DNA from: Saprospiraceae bacterium
GTDB taxonomy: Bacteria > Bacteroidota > Bacteroidia > Chitinophagales > Saprospiraceae
Reading direction: 5' to 3'
Assembly: GCA_019634275.1 (NCBI GenBank)
Contig: JAHQVP010000002.1
Coordinates: 1 to 57,707 of the forward strand
DNA: 57,707 nucleotides
How positions within the stretch are numbered: position 1 is the stretch's first letter; each line of letters starts with the position of its first letter. The position numbers were made by a program, and so were the translations under genes. The notes under the pieces are model-generated. The model had not been told where the DNA came from, did not search any database, and saw nothing but the letters and a program-made list of their open reading frames with translations. Shown in pieces: positions 9,254 to 17,523 of the stretch.

Positions 9254-10207
9254 CTATTGATTTTTGTAGTAGGCGATGATCTTCTCCGCCAGCTCTGTTC
9301 CGATGTTTGCTTGTGCTTGGCCCGTCGATGCTCCTGTATGTGGTGTGACGGATATTTTAGCGTGCTGCAGCAGTTCCTGTCGGGGAGTGGGTTCTCCGAC
9401 AAATACATCAAGACCGGCACCACCAATCTTTCCACTCTGAAGTCCCTGCAGGAGCGCATCTTCATCGATGGTACCCCCTCGTGAAGCATTTACGATGATG
9501 ACCCCATTTTTCATTTTCTGAATTTCCTGATTGGAAATTATAGGACGTTCAGTGCTGGGGACGTGCAATGAGATATAATCTGATGTACTCAACATCTCGT
9601 CCATGCTTACAGTAGCTATTGTCGCAGATACCGTGCTGCCATGTTGCAGCGCCATTTCGATCTGTGCTTCTTGGACAAAGGGGTCTACCGCACAGATTTT
9701 CATGCCCATGACCAAGCCCAGCGAAGCAGTTTGCTGGCCGATGCGGCCAAATCCAATGATGCCCAAGGTTTTGCCCTGCAGCTCAGAACCCGCGGCATAT
9801 GATTTCTTTAGCGCCTTAAACTCGGTATTCCCTTGAGCCGGCATCTGTCGATTGGACAGATGAAGCGATCGACTAAGGGTCAGCATATGTGCTAGGACCA
9901 ACTCGGCTACCGATCTTGAAGATGCAGCTGGAGTGTTGTATACGGCAATGCCTTTTCCTTTAGCGTAGTCAACATCAATATTGTCCAGACCAACCCCTCC
10001 ACGACCGATGATCTTAAGATTTGGACAGGCGTCAATCAGCGATTCCCGAATCTTAGTGGCACTTCGAACCAATACGACGTCGTAGGAAGGAAGCTGTTCC
10101 ATCAGGTCTTCCTGGGCGATCTTATTTGTATTGACTTGGAAGCCGGCAGCTTCCAACATTTCCTGTCCGGCTGGATGGATGCCGTCATTGGCAAGGATCT
10201 TAATCAT
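9254..10207 (-). CDS. D-isomer-specific 2-hydroxyacid dehydrogenase, probably short-form 3-phosphoglycerate dehydrogenase
   Basis: Rossmann motif GIIGFGRIGQ, catalytic-region motifs NASRGGTIDE and TPHTGAST. 317 aa. Confidence 0.85.
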   Translation of the reverse strand: MIKILANDGIHPAGQEMLEAAGFQVNTNKIAQEDLMEQLPSYDVVLVRSATKIRESLIDACPNLKIIGRGGVGLDNIDVDYAKGKGIAVYNTPAASSRSVAELVLAHMLTLSRSLHLSNRQMPAQGNTEFKALKKSYAAGSELQGKTLGIIGFGRIGQQTASLGLVMGMKICAVDPFVQEAQIEMALQHGSTVSATIATVSMDEMLSTSDYISLHVPSTERPIISNQEIQKMKNGVIIVNASRGGTIDEDALLQGLQSGKIGGAGLDVFVGEPTPRQELLQHAKISVTPHTGASTGQAQANIGTELAEKIIAYYKNQ

Positions 10208-10258
10208 TTCTGCTACTGTTTTTACCGCGCAAAGAAATGACTTTTTAAGAGAACTCTG

Positions 10259-10504
10259 CTAATTCCCCGCATTGTCTTCCTGACAATCGGCAAGTTGTTT
10301 TTCGAGGTCCCTTATACGCGCCTGTAGCTCGTCTGATTGATCGGTTTGTTCTATCCGGTCTCCATCAGATCCGAATATATTGCTGATGGTGTCAAAAGGA
10401 TCCTGACCATTGTAGTAAGATGCACCAATGTAGGCAAGTGGGGCGAGAATGATGATCACAAAAAAGAATTTGGCGCAACCGGTTACTTTGTACTTCCTAG
10501 CCAT
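10259..10504 (-). CDS. Small single-pass membrane protein with an acidic coiled-coil tail
   Basis: Internal ATG at 10504 gives MARKYKVTGCAKFFFVIIILAPLAYIG (one TM helix), then DELQARIRDLEKQLADCQE. The longer track ORF (to 10699) runs through a structured non-coding region and into the recG stop. Confidence 0.45.
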   Translation of the reverse strand: MARKYKVTGCAKFFFVIIILAPLAYIGASYYNGQDPFDTISNIFGSDGDRIEQTDQSDELQARIRDLEKQLADCQEDNAGN

Positions 10505-10639
10505 AGCGTAGTCATTTAGGGATAAACGAAGACAACAAGGTAAAGAATTCCTCAAGGGAGAAGAAAATCTATGAATGGCTCCAGAACACGGATGGAGATG
10601 CCTCCACATCCTTTTAAAGCGATCAGACATGGGTCCTTG

Positions 10640-10674
10640 TTCGAATCTCATTCTCCGCAAGGAGAAGGTTCGAA
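10640..10674 (-). other. Extended stem-loop just downstream of the recG stop (possible terminator or RNA stability element)
   Basis: TTCGAA-TCTCA-TTCTCC-GCAA-GGAGAA-GG-TTCGAA: two 6-bp helices around a tetraloop with a small internal loop. It lies 6 nt from the recG stop codon. No U-tract follows. Confidence 0.3.
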
Positions 10675-10680
10675 AACCCA

Positions 10681-12789
10681 TTAACTGATGCGACTCCAAT
10701 CGCGTGACCGCTTTGTATATTTTTTTAAATACTGCTTTAGTTTGGCATGATGTGCAGCATCCAATTCAGGATCCTGGTCAAGAATCCGCTCTGCAATCTT
10801 TCTGGCGGTAAGCATGATCTCACGATCCCGTGTTAGGTGTGCGATGCGCAACATTGGAAGTCCACTCTGCTGTGTTCCTTCGATGCTGCCAGGCCCGCGC
10901 AAATGGAGGTCAACTTCCGCAATTTCAAAGCCATTTTGAGTGCGTACCATCGTACTCAGCCGCTCCTTAGCTTCTTCCGAGAGCCGATAGCTGCTCATGA
11001 GCACGCAATACGATTTCTCTGCACCACGGCCCACTCTTCCACGCAATTGATGAAGTTGGGCAAGACCGAATCTTTCGCTGTTCTCAATGATCATCAAGCT
11101 GGCATTGGGGACATTAACTCCCACTTCAATGACCGTGGTCGCTACCATGATTTGGGTTTTTCCTTCCACGAATCGTTGCATTTCGAAGTCTTTTTCTTCT
11201 TGTTTCATTCGACCATGGACCACGCTGATCTGGTACTCCGGCGGTGAAAAGTGATGCAGTAGTTTTTCATAGCCGTTATTGAGATCTTCGAGGTCAAGCT
11301 TGGCAGATTCTTCAATAAGTGGATAGACCACATATACCTGCCTCCCTTTGGTGATTTCTTGCTTGATGAACTTGATCAGTTTTGGTCGGTGATATTCCGT
11401 CTTGTGCAACGTGGTAATCGGCTTTCTTCCTGGCGGAAGTTCGTCGATGGTAGAAACATCAAGATCTCCATAGATGGTCATGTGCAGCGTACGGGGGATA
11501 GGTGTAGCCGTCATCACCAGAACATGGGGCTTTTTGTCCCGGCCTTTTTCCCATAAACGGGCTCTTTGGGCAACACCAAATCGATGCTGCTCGTCGATGA
11601 TCACCATTCCGAGGTTTTGGTACTGTACATGGTCTTCGAGGAGGGCGTGGGTACCGACTAATATGTGGATTTCTCCCAGGCGCAGCAATTTAAGTAGTTC
11701 CTTTCGGTGCGTGCCTTTCACTGAGCCGGTAAGCAATCCAATGCGTAGATCCAAGCCCTTGCAAATGCTCTGTAATGACTGAAAGTGTTGCTGTGAAAGA
11801 ATCTCTGTTGGAGCAATGAGACATCCTTGGAAGCCATTATCTATGGACATCAACATGGCCATGAGCGCGACAATGGTCTTGCCGCTCCCTACGTCCCCCT
11901 GGAGCAATCGATTCATTTGGATGCCAGTCTTGAAATCCTGCCTGATTTCTTTGAGCACGCGTTTTTGTGCGCCGGTCAGTTCGAAAGAAAGGTGATCTCG
12001 ATAAAATGTGTTGAAAAGAGGCCCGATGGATTCAAATACATGACCATTCTCTGTGATTCTTCTGGCCTTGTAGTGTTTGACCACATCCAACTGCAACAGC
12101 AGCAGCTCTTCAAATTTTAGGCGCCGTTCTGCTTCAAGTAGAGCATTGCTATTTACGGGAAAGTGAATTGTAGCGATGGCTTTGTGATAGGGCAGAAGGC
12201 GCATTTTGCGCACCAGGTATTCTGGTAGATGCTCTGGAAGATCCTTGGCCGATAGCTGCTCGAAGATCGCCTTCATGACTTTTCGTCGACCCTTGCTGTC
12301 CATCCCGGATGCGCTAAGCCGTTCAGTGCTGCGATACACCGGCACGAAAGTAGTGCTGGAAGGTTTCTTTGGATTGTAAAGTTCTACTTCAGGATGGGCG
12401 ATGTTTATTTTACTTCTGAATCGTGAGGCACGTCCATACACGGTGTAGGGCGTATTCGTCTTAAGATTTTCTTTCAACCACTTGATGCCCCTAAACCAGA
12501 CCAGTTCTACCTTGCCGGTTTGATCTCGTAGTTTGCCGGTGAGCCTCTTCTTCCTGCCGCCACCTACCACCGTCAGGTTTTCTATGACGCCTCGTAATTG
12601 TACAACTTGATTGTCGCCTTTGAGCTCCGCAATGGGCGTGACTAACGTTCGATCCTCATATCGAAAAGGATAGTCCATCAGCATGTCTCGAATAGAGGCC
12701 AGTCCCAGCTCCTTTTTGAGGAGCTCACTCTTGGTTGGCCCTACCCCCTTGAGGTAGGTCAGTTCTTGATCAAGTTTGTCCGTAAACAC
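10681..12789 (-). CDS. recG: ATP-dependent DNA helicase RecG
   Basis: N-terminal LTYLKGVGPTKSELL...YPFRYEDRT wedge region, Walker A GDVGSGKT, DEQHRFG box, and the QLHQLRGRVGRG motif. The start is placed at GTG 12789 (702 aa) because the 753-aa track ORF overlaps the rbfA start on the other strand. The start is uncertain. Confidence 0.9.
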   Translation of the reverse strand: MFTDKLDQELTYLKGVGPTKSELLKKELGLASIRDMLMDYPFRYEDRTLVTPIAELKGDNQVVQLRGVIENLTVVGGGRKKRLTGKLRDQTGKVELVWFRGIKWLKENLKTNTPYTVYGRASRFRSKINIAHPEVELYNPKKPSSTTFVPVYRSTERLSASGMDSKGRRKVMKAIFEQLSAKDLPEHLPEYLVRKMRLLPYHKAIATIHFPVNSNALLEAERRLKFEELLLLQLDVVKHYKARRITENGHVFESIGPLFNTFYRDHLSFELTGAQKRVLKEIRQDFKTGIQMNRLLQGDVGSGKTIVALMAMLMSIDNGFQGCLIAPTEILSQQHFQSLQSICKGLDLRIGLLTGSVKGTHRKELLKLLRLGEIHILVGTHALLEDHVQYQNLGMVIIDEQHRFGVAQRARLWEKGRDKKPHVLVMTATPIPRTLHMTIYGDLDVSTIDELPPGRKPITTLHKTEYHRPKLIKFIKQEITKGRQVYVVYPLIEESAKLDLEDLNNGYEKLLHHFSPPEYQISVVHGRMKQEEKDFEMQRFVEGKTQIMVATTVIEVGVNVPNASLMIIENSERFGLAQLHQLRGRVGRGAEKSYCVLMSSYRLSEEAKERLSTMVRTQNGFEIAEVDLHLRGPGSIEGTQQSGLPMLRIAHLTRDREIMLTARKIAERILDQDPELDAAHHAKLKQYLKKYTKRSRDWSRIS

Positions 12790-12901
12790 GTTCTCAAAGC
12801 TACATCGTGCAGCACAAAAAGCAAGGACAACCTTGGATGGATATTTCCATGACGAGGCAGCACTTGAAATATCAGCGCATTCTTCGATATCTTCGCAATC
12901 C

Positions 12902-13279
12902 ATGCAGACAAAACGACAATTGCAAGTAGCATCACTGATCAAACGTCAGTTTAGCGCCATTCTTCTGGCAGAGGGGTCTTACATCTATGATAAGGCGCTG
13001 GTCACCGTCACGAATGTCTACATCTCTCCGGATTTTGGCTTGGCCAAAATATATTTGAGTGTTTATAACACGGACAATAAGCAAGAAGTGTTGCTTAATC
13101 TAGAACATCATCATCAGCGTCTAAAGCAGCAATTTGGATCGAGGCTACGCAAGCACATGCGTAGGATCCCTGATTTCGATCTCTATTTGGATGATACCCT
13201 GGACGAGATGTATCGGTTAAATGCTCTTTTTGATCGCTTACAGGAAGAAAATCAGATGGGGTCTGACGGAGAGGAGTAA
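12902..13279 (+). CDS. rbfA: 30S ribosome-binding factor RbfA
   Basis: Internal ATG 12902 gives MQTKRQLQVASLIKRQFSAIL...VTVTNVYISPDFGLAKIYLSV, the typical RbfA signature. About 125 aa. Confidence 0.85.
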   Translation: MQTKRQLQVASLIKRQFSAILLAEGSYIYDKALVTVTNVYISPDFGLAKIYLSVYNTDNKQEVLLNLEHHHQRLKQQFGSRLRKHMRRIPDFDLYLDDTLDEMYRLNALFDRLQEENQMGSDGEE

Positions 13280-13294
13280 TCCCCTTTCGCTGTT

Positions 13295-14785
13295 TTAAAC
13301 GGGGTGGACATGGATTTTCTGTGCCAGTGCATATGCAATATCGTGCTGAGCATCGCCGGCAGATATTCGGATTGAGGTATTGTTTTTGCCTGTGATGGTG
13401 AGAATACTACCGGGCAACAATCCCAACTTCCAAAGTGCCGAAGATACAGAGCTGCTGGTTTGATCTGCTGCAATCTCCAACTGATCGCTTACGTGCATCT
13501 GTGCCAAAACATGTTTAAGCATCGCATCCTTTAGCGGTATGGGTGAGCCATGCGGATCCCTTCTTGGGTACCCTAGTTCGGCATCAACTTCATCGAGGAT
13601 CTCTTCGGTTAGAAAATGCTCATACTTTTCTGCCTCGTTATGGATTTGTTCTTGTGACAGGCCTACTTGATCTACCAAGTAGGTCTCCCATAGGCGATGT
13701 GCCCGGACCAACTTATTGGCCAGAGCAATACCCTTTTCTGTAAGGGAAATTTCCTTCTCATCGAACAGATTTAGGAGTTTCCGCTGTTCTAATATGCGCA
13801 GCAGCTGTCTCAGTTTTCCCTTACTAATCTCCAATCGGGCGTTAAGTTGGGCCACACTGACTTTGCCCACTTCGTCCAGTCGAATGGTTTGTTTTAGCAC
13901 ATCCTCTAAGCGAATGCGTCGCTGCAATTTTCGCCTTCTAAAGTAGTTGAGGACAATGCCCCGTGTAGGGGAGAACAGCGCGGCCAAGAGGTAGAGTATA
14001 GTCGCGACGACGGTCATGGCTGGACCGGGCGCGGTCTCCAGTAGGATAGCAAAGACTAGACCTAGAAAGGCAGCAAGAAAGCCGATTAGGCCTGCTAGAA
14101 AGATGACATTTTTAAGACGTTGGCTGAGCAGTAAGGCAGTAGATGCTGGAGTAATCAACATGGCAACAACCAATATCACGCCGACCGTACGCAGTGAGGC
14201 AACGACGGCGAAGGACAGCAAAAGCATGACCAGGTAGTGGATGAGACGGGTGGAGAATCCCATGGCATCCGATATGACAGGTTGAAAGGTAGACAGGAAG
14301 AGCTGTCGATAAAAAACCACGACGCTGGCGATGACCACGAGGGTCACGAAAAACGTCATGTACAGGTCCTGATCCGAGACGCCTAGCACATTGCCGAATA
14401 GGAAATCCTTAAGGTCCAGATGCACGCCTTGATTCTTACTGATCCAAGAGATGCCAATGACCCCCAGGGCAAACATAGCCGTAAAGACAATCCCGATGGC
14501 AGCATCGTTTTTTGTATTGACCTGCTGTTGGATCCAGGTGATGGCTACTGCCGTCACCAATCCTGCAACCACAGAGCCAATAAAGAACCCCATCGCAGAA
14601 TAACCCACAACCACGAAGGCGACCACGATCCCAGGCAGAACAGCGTGTGCAAGAGCATCACCGATTAAGGCCATGTTGCGCAGCACAATAAAGCACCCAA
14701 GTATGCCGCACATGATGCCTACCATAATGGAGGCTAAAAGTGCTCTAATGGCCCAGACCTGCTGAAAGGTTTCTAGAAGTTCCAC
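13295..14785 (-). CDS. ABC-3 family metal (Mn/Zn/Fe) ABC transporter permease fused to a C-terminal DtxR/MntR-like regulator module
   Basis: GTG start. Residues about 1-280 are polytopic (ALIGDALAHAVLPG, ZnuB/TroD-like). Residues about 290-496 parallel the free regulator at 54339..55007 (LVRAHRLWETYLV vs LIRRHRLWESFLV; LGYPRRDPHGSPIP vs LGYPKFDPHGDPIP) and include an FeoA/SH3-like tail. It is a single uninterrupted frame. Confidence 0.85.
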   Translation of the reverse strand: MELLETFQQVWAIRALLASIMVGIMCGILGCFIVLRNMALIGDALAHAVLPGIVVAFVVVGYSAMGFFIGSVVAGLVTAVAITWIQQQVNTKNDAAIGIVFTAMFALGVIGISWISKNQGVHLDLKDFLFGNVLGVSDQDLYMTFFVTLVVIASVVVFYRQLFLSTFQPVISDAMGFSTRLIHYLVMLLLSFAVVASLRTVGVILVVAMLITPASTALLLSQRLKNVIFLAGLIGFLAAFLGLVFAILLETAPGPAMTVVATILYLLAALFSPTRGIVLNYFRRRKLQRRIRLEDVLKQTIRLDEVGKVSVAQLNARLEISKGKLRQLLRILEQRKLLNLFDEKEISLTEKGIALANKLVRAHRLWETYLVDQVGLSQEQIHNEAEKYEHFLTEEILDEVDAELGYPRRDPHGSPIPLKDAMLKHVLAQMHVSDQLEIAADQTSSSVSSALWKLGLLPGSILTITGKNNTSIRISAGDAQHDIAYALAQKIHVHPV

Positions 14786-14801
14786 AGTTGAAATTAAAAA
14801 T

Positions 14802-14823
14802 ATATTTAGACTAATCTAAAAAT
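14802..14823. promoter_or_regulatory. Putative DtxR/MntR-type operator, site 1
   Basis: ATATTTAGACTAATCTAAAAAT, an inverted repeat TTTAGA-N4-TCTAAA. The core lies 20 nt upstream of the permease-fusion GTG and overlaps the ppx stop codon. It is 18/22 identical to the site at 55021..55042. Confidence 0.45.
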
Positions 14824-15718
14824 TCATGTCATAGGCGACGCCCTCTTTCAAAGCGTATTGCGAAATTCCAACCGTTGTAAAGTCTCCAAATCCCAATATT
14901 TCTTGAATGAGGATAGCAGCTACTACGATCATATCGACTCGAGCATCGGGAATCAAAGGGTTTTGTTGGCGCTCTTCTTTGGTCGATTTGACGATGTCCT
15001 GTAAGGGAGTGTGCATGGATGAGGAGGTCACCTGAACAAACGGATGCCCCTCTGCTCCCAGGAGGAGAGCCATGACATCGAAGGTCCCAGAAGCTCCAAT
15101 CAGCATGGTTGGCTGATGCTCCTTTAATGCAGGAGCCAATGTGGAGAGGTGTTGGCGTAAAAATGACCGCAATTTTTGCTCTTCCTCCAAAGCGATGGGA
15201 TCGCCTTCATGGAATCGATCGTATAAGACTGCAACCCCAATGGGCAGACTGACCAGCCATCTTATCTTCTTGTCTTCGCGGACGATAAATTCAACGCTTC
15301 CGCCACCGATGTCCATCACCATGTTGGCTGCACTGGAATCCATCAGCTGCTGGACACCCAGAGAGATGTATTCAGCTTCTTGTTTACCGTCGATAATATC
15401 GACACTAAGGCCTGTGTGTAAGGTGATTTCTTCCACCAACTGTGCGCCGTTAGATGCTCTACGAAGGGCAGCAGTTCCGACCGCCCGATAATCCCGGACC
15501 TCATGCTTATCCATAAGGCCGCGAAATCGCTTCATCGCAGCCAATGCACGGGCGAATGCCGACTTCGATATCTCGCCGATTCCCCCTTCCGCAAGTTTTA
15601 CGAAGATTCTTTCCTTCAGGATGGTTTGCAGTTTTCCATCTGCATACCGAAAGATCAGGATGTGAAAGGTGTTTGTGCCCAGATCAACGACTGCTTTTGG
15701 TGGTACTGCTTTACTCAT
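14816..15718 (-). CDS. ppx: Ppx/GppA-family phosphatase (exopolyphosphatase-like)
   Basis: ASKHA N-terminus VVDLGTNTFHILI, then DIGGGSVEF and GASGTF motifs. 300 aa (short form). The start overlaps the upstream stop in ATGA. Confidence 0.85.
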   Translation of the reverse strand: MSKAVPPKAVVDLGTNTFHILIFRYADGKLQTILKERIFVKLAEGGIGEISKSAFARALAAMKRFRGLMDKHEVRDYRAVGTAALRRASNGAQLVEEITLHTGLSVDIIDGKQEAEYISLGVQQLMDSSAANMVMDIGGGSVEFIVREDKKIRWLVSLPIGVAVLYDRFHEGDPIALEEEQKLRSFLRQHLSTLAPALKEHQPTMLIGASGTFDVMALLLGAEGHPFVQVTSSSMHTPLQDIVKSTKEERQQNPLIPDARVDMIVVAAILIQEILGFGDFTTVGISQYALKEGVAYDMNF

Positions 15719-16323
15719 AAGTAGAAAAGGATCCGAAAACTTAAAAAGTAGCTGCGCAAGCGACCAAATTCCGGCCTTTCGCGATCATTTAAGAGAAAAT
15801 TTAGCGAATTGGTGTATCGAAAGGAATATCCCACGCGACTGCTTCCAAAGTAGGTGGCCCCCAATAGGTATGACACGTCGTTTGGATTAAACTCGTCTAC
15901 GGAGTCTTCGATACCGGCCAGACTGACGGTGTTGCTGATCAGTCGTCCATATGAGAGCCCGCCCTCAAATAGCATTCGATGATAGTCTTCATTAGGCCAA
16001 TCACGATACCCTATCAACAGAGGGACTTCCACATAGTTTAGGTGCATCTTGCGGGGATCACCTGATCCAATAGACGACCGGCTTCCTCGCTGTGAGAACA
16101 ATAGTTCAAGGGCACCGTCTATCTTGTTTGCTACCTCGACGGAAACGCGAAGTCCGCCATGGATTCCGAGTTTGTTGTAGCCAGCCAGGAGATCTCCATT
16201 GACCTGTGCGGCATTTGCACCGGCTATGACCGCAGCAGAAAATGTTTGCCCCTTAAGCATCATTGCTGGTAGGAACAAGCCAAGACATATAGAGAACTTT
16301 ATAATGTTTATCATGGTTTTCAT
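15715..16323 (-). CDS. Small outer-membrane beta-barrel protein (PorT / OMP_b-brl_2-like)
   Basis: Start placed at MKTMINIIKFSICLGLFLPAMMLKGQ (signal peptide). HLNYVEVPLLIGY and a C-terminal LSFRILFYL beta-signal-like end. About 200 aa, as in small Bacteroidota barrels. The PorT-family call is tentative. Confidence 0.6.
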   Translation of the reverse strand: MKTMINIIKFSICLGLFLPAMMLKGQTFSAAVIAGANAAQVNGDLLAGYNKLGIHGGLRVSVEVANKIDGALELLFSQRGSRSSIGSGDPRKMHLNYVEVPLLIGYRDWPNEDYHRMLFEGGLSYGRLISNTVSLAGIEDSVDEFNPNDVSYLLGATYFGSSRVGYSFRYTNSLNFLLNDRERPEFGRLRSYFLSFRILFYL

Positions 16324-16357
16324 CTTCTGATGGCTTACCTTCGCCCTCGACTGTAGT

Positions 16358-16633
16358 ATGGCAAAATACACAAAAACAACCCTCGACAAGATCACGCAGA
16401 TCTATGCGGAACTCGGATATAAGGTGCGGTTTGAGAAAGGAACATTTAAATCGGGCTACTGCCTCTTGGAGGAGCGGAAAATAGTTGTGGTTAACCGGTT
16501 TTTTGATGTGCAGGGGAAAGTTCAGACCATGATTGACCTCCTCCACCAGATTGAGGTTGATCCTGACCTTCTATCTGAAAAGTCCCAAAAATTCTACCGG
16601 AGTCTGGAGCAACAAGCCCCTGCTGCTCCGTGA
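16358..16633 (+). CDS. Small hypothetical protein
   Basis: 91-aa ORF. Its stop overlaps the GTG start of the next gene (GTGA). No family recognised. Confidence 0.5.
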   Translation: MAKYTKTTLDKITQIYAELGYKVRFEKGTFKSGYCLLEERKIVVVNRFFDVQGKVQTMIDLLHQIEVDPDLLSEKSQKFYRSLEQQAPAAP

Positions 16634-17394
16634 AACTTGTGCTTACGGGCACGGGTACTTCTCAAGGCATTCCGGTTCTGGGTTGTACATGCGACGTCTG
16701 TAATTCTAAGGATTCCAGAGATTTTCGACTTCGTACAGCTGCTCTTTTGATGTCCGACAATGCAAACATCGCATTGGACGTCGGACCTGATTTTCGTGCC
16801 CAAATGTTGGCGGCCGGGACGAGCCGCCTCGATGCAGTGTTTGTTACGCACGAGCACAATGATCATGTAATTGGTCTCGATGATGTGCGCCCGTACAACT
16901 TTAAGCAGAAGTCTTCAATTCCCCTCTTTGCCTTGCCTCGCGTCCTGACCGAGATTCAGACGCGCTTTGCCTACATCTTTGCTGAGAAACCATATCCAGG
17001 GGCTCCGACGATTGACCTCCATCCTTTGGAGCCATTTGCTCCTGTCGAGATATCGGGTATCCGCATTTTGCCTTTCTTGGTTCATCATGGTTCGCTGGAT
17101 GTGTTGGGTTTTCGCATAGGCGACGTTAGCTACATTACAGATGCAAATGCACTGTCTTCAGAGACGTATAAGGCATTGAAGGGATCTCGTGTGCTAGTCC
17201 TTAATGCGTTGCATCATCGAAGTCATCATTCCCATTTTAATTTGGAGCAGGCCATCGAGACAAGTGAGCGAATAGGTCCCCGCATAACGTATCTCACCCA
17301 CATGAGTCATTCGATGGGCCTCCATGCAGCGGTAGAACGCACATTGCCGGCCAACATCCGCCTCGCTTATGATGGCCTGGAAATTGAAGTTTAA
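16630..17394 (+). CDS. MBL-fold metallo-hydrolase (PhnP-like phosphodiesterase family)
   Basis: GTGTSQGIP, a CxxC pair (CTCDVC), and the HxHxDH motif THEHNDH. 254 aa. Confidence 0.85.
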   Translation: MKLVLTGTGTSQGIPVLGCTCDVCNSKDSRDFRLRTAALLMSDNANIALDVGPDFRAQMLAAGTSRLDAVFVTHEHNDHVIGLDDVRPYNFKQKSSIPLFALPRVLTEIQTRFAYIFAEKPYPGAPTIDLHPLEPFAPVEISGIRILPFLVHHGSLDVLGFRIGDVSYITDANALSSETYKALKGSRVLVLNALHHRSHHSHFNLEQAIETSERIGPRITYLTHMSHSMGLHAAVERTLPANIRLAYDGLEIEV

Positions 17395-17467
17395 CATCCT
17401 CGGCAACTCCATGGGTTGTTTATCCGCATCTATTTACCGAATATTAGATGTGTCTCCTCTGGTTCAC

Positions 17468-17475
17468 TAATTTTG
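17468..17475 (+). promoter_or_regulatory. Candidate Bacteroidota -7 promoter element (TAnnTTTG) for the porP-gld operon
   Basis: TAATTTTG, 49 nt upstream of the porP ATG. No clear -33 TTG partner was seen. Confidence 0.3.
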
Positions 17476-17523
17476 TATTCGATTAGTAGGGAGTCGTTTC
17501 GCAAGATCCATACGTTGTAGTAT

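Noticed and set aside
10505-10699. TTCGAA-containing segments resembling tRNA T-loops, and the upstream extension of the small membrane ORF.
   Set aside because: I could not fold a cloverleaf: there is no acceptor stem or anticodon arm pairing. The sequence folds instead as a simple bipartite hairpin after recG. The ORF extension has no coding-like features.
12790-12942. A Cys-rich 51-codon N-terminal extension of recG (MISDATCNCRFVCMDCEDIEEC...) that could look like a zinc-finger addition.
   Set aside because: It overlaps the rbfA start region on the opposite strand. RecG homology begins just after GTG 12789, which gives a canonical protein of about 700 aa. The start remains unproven.
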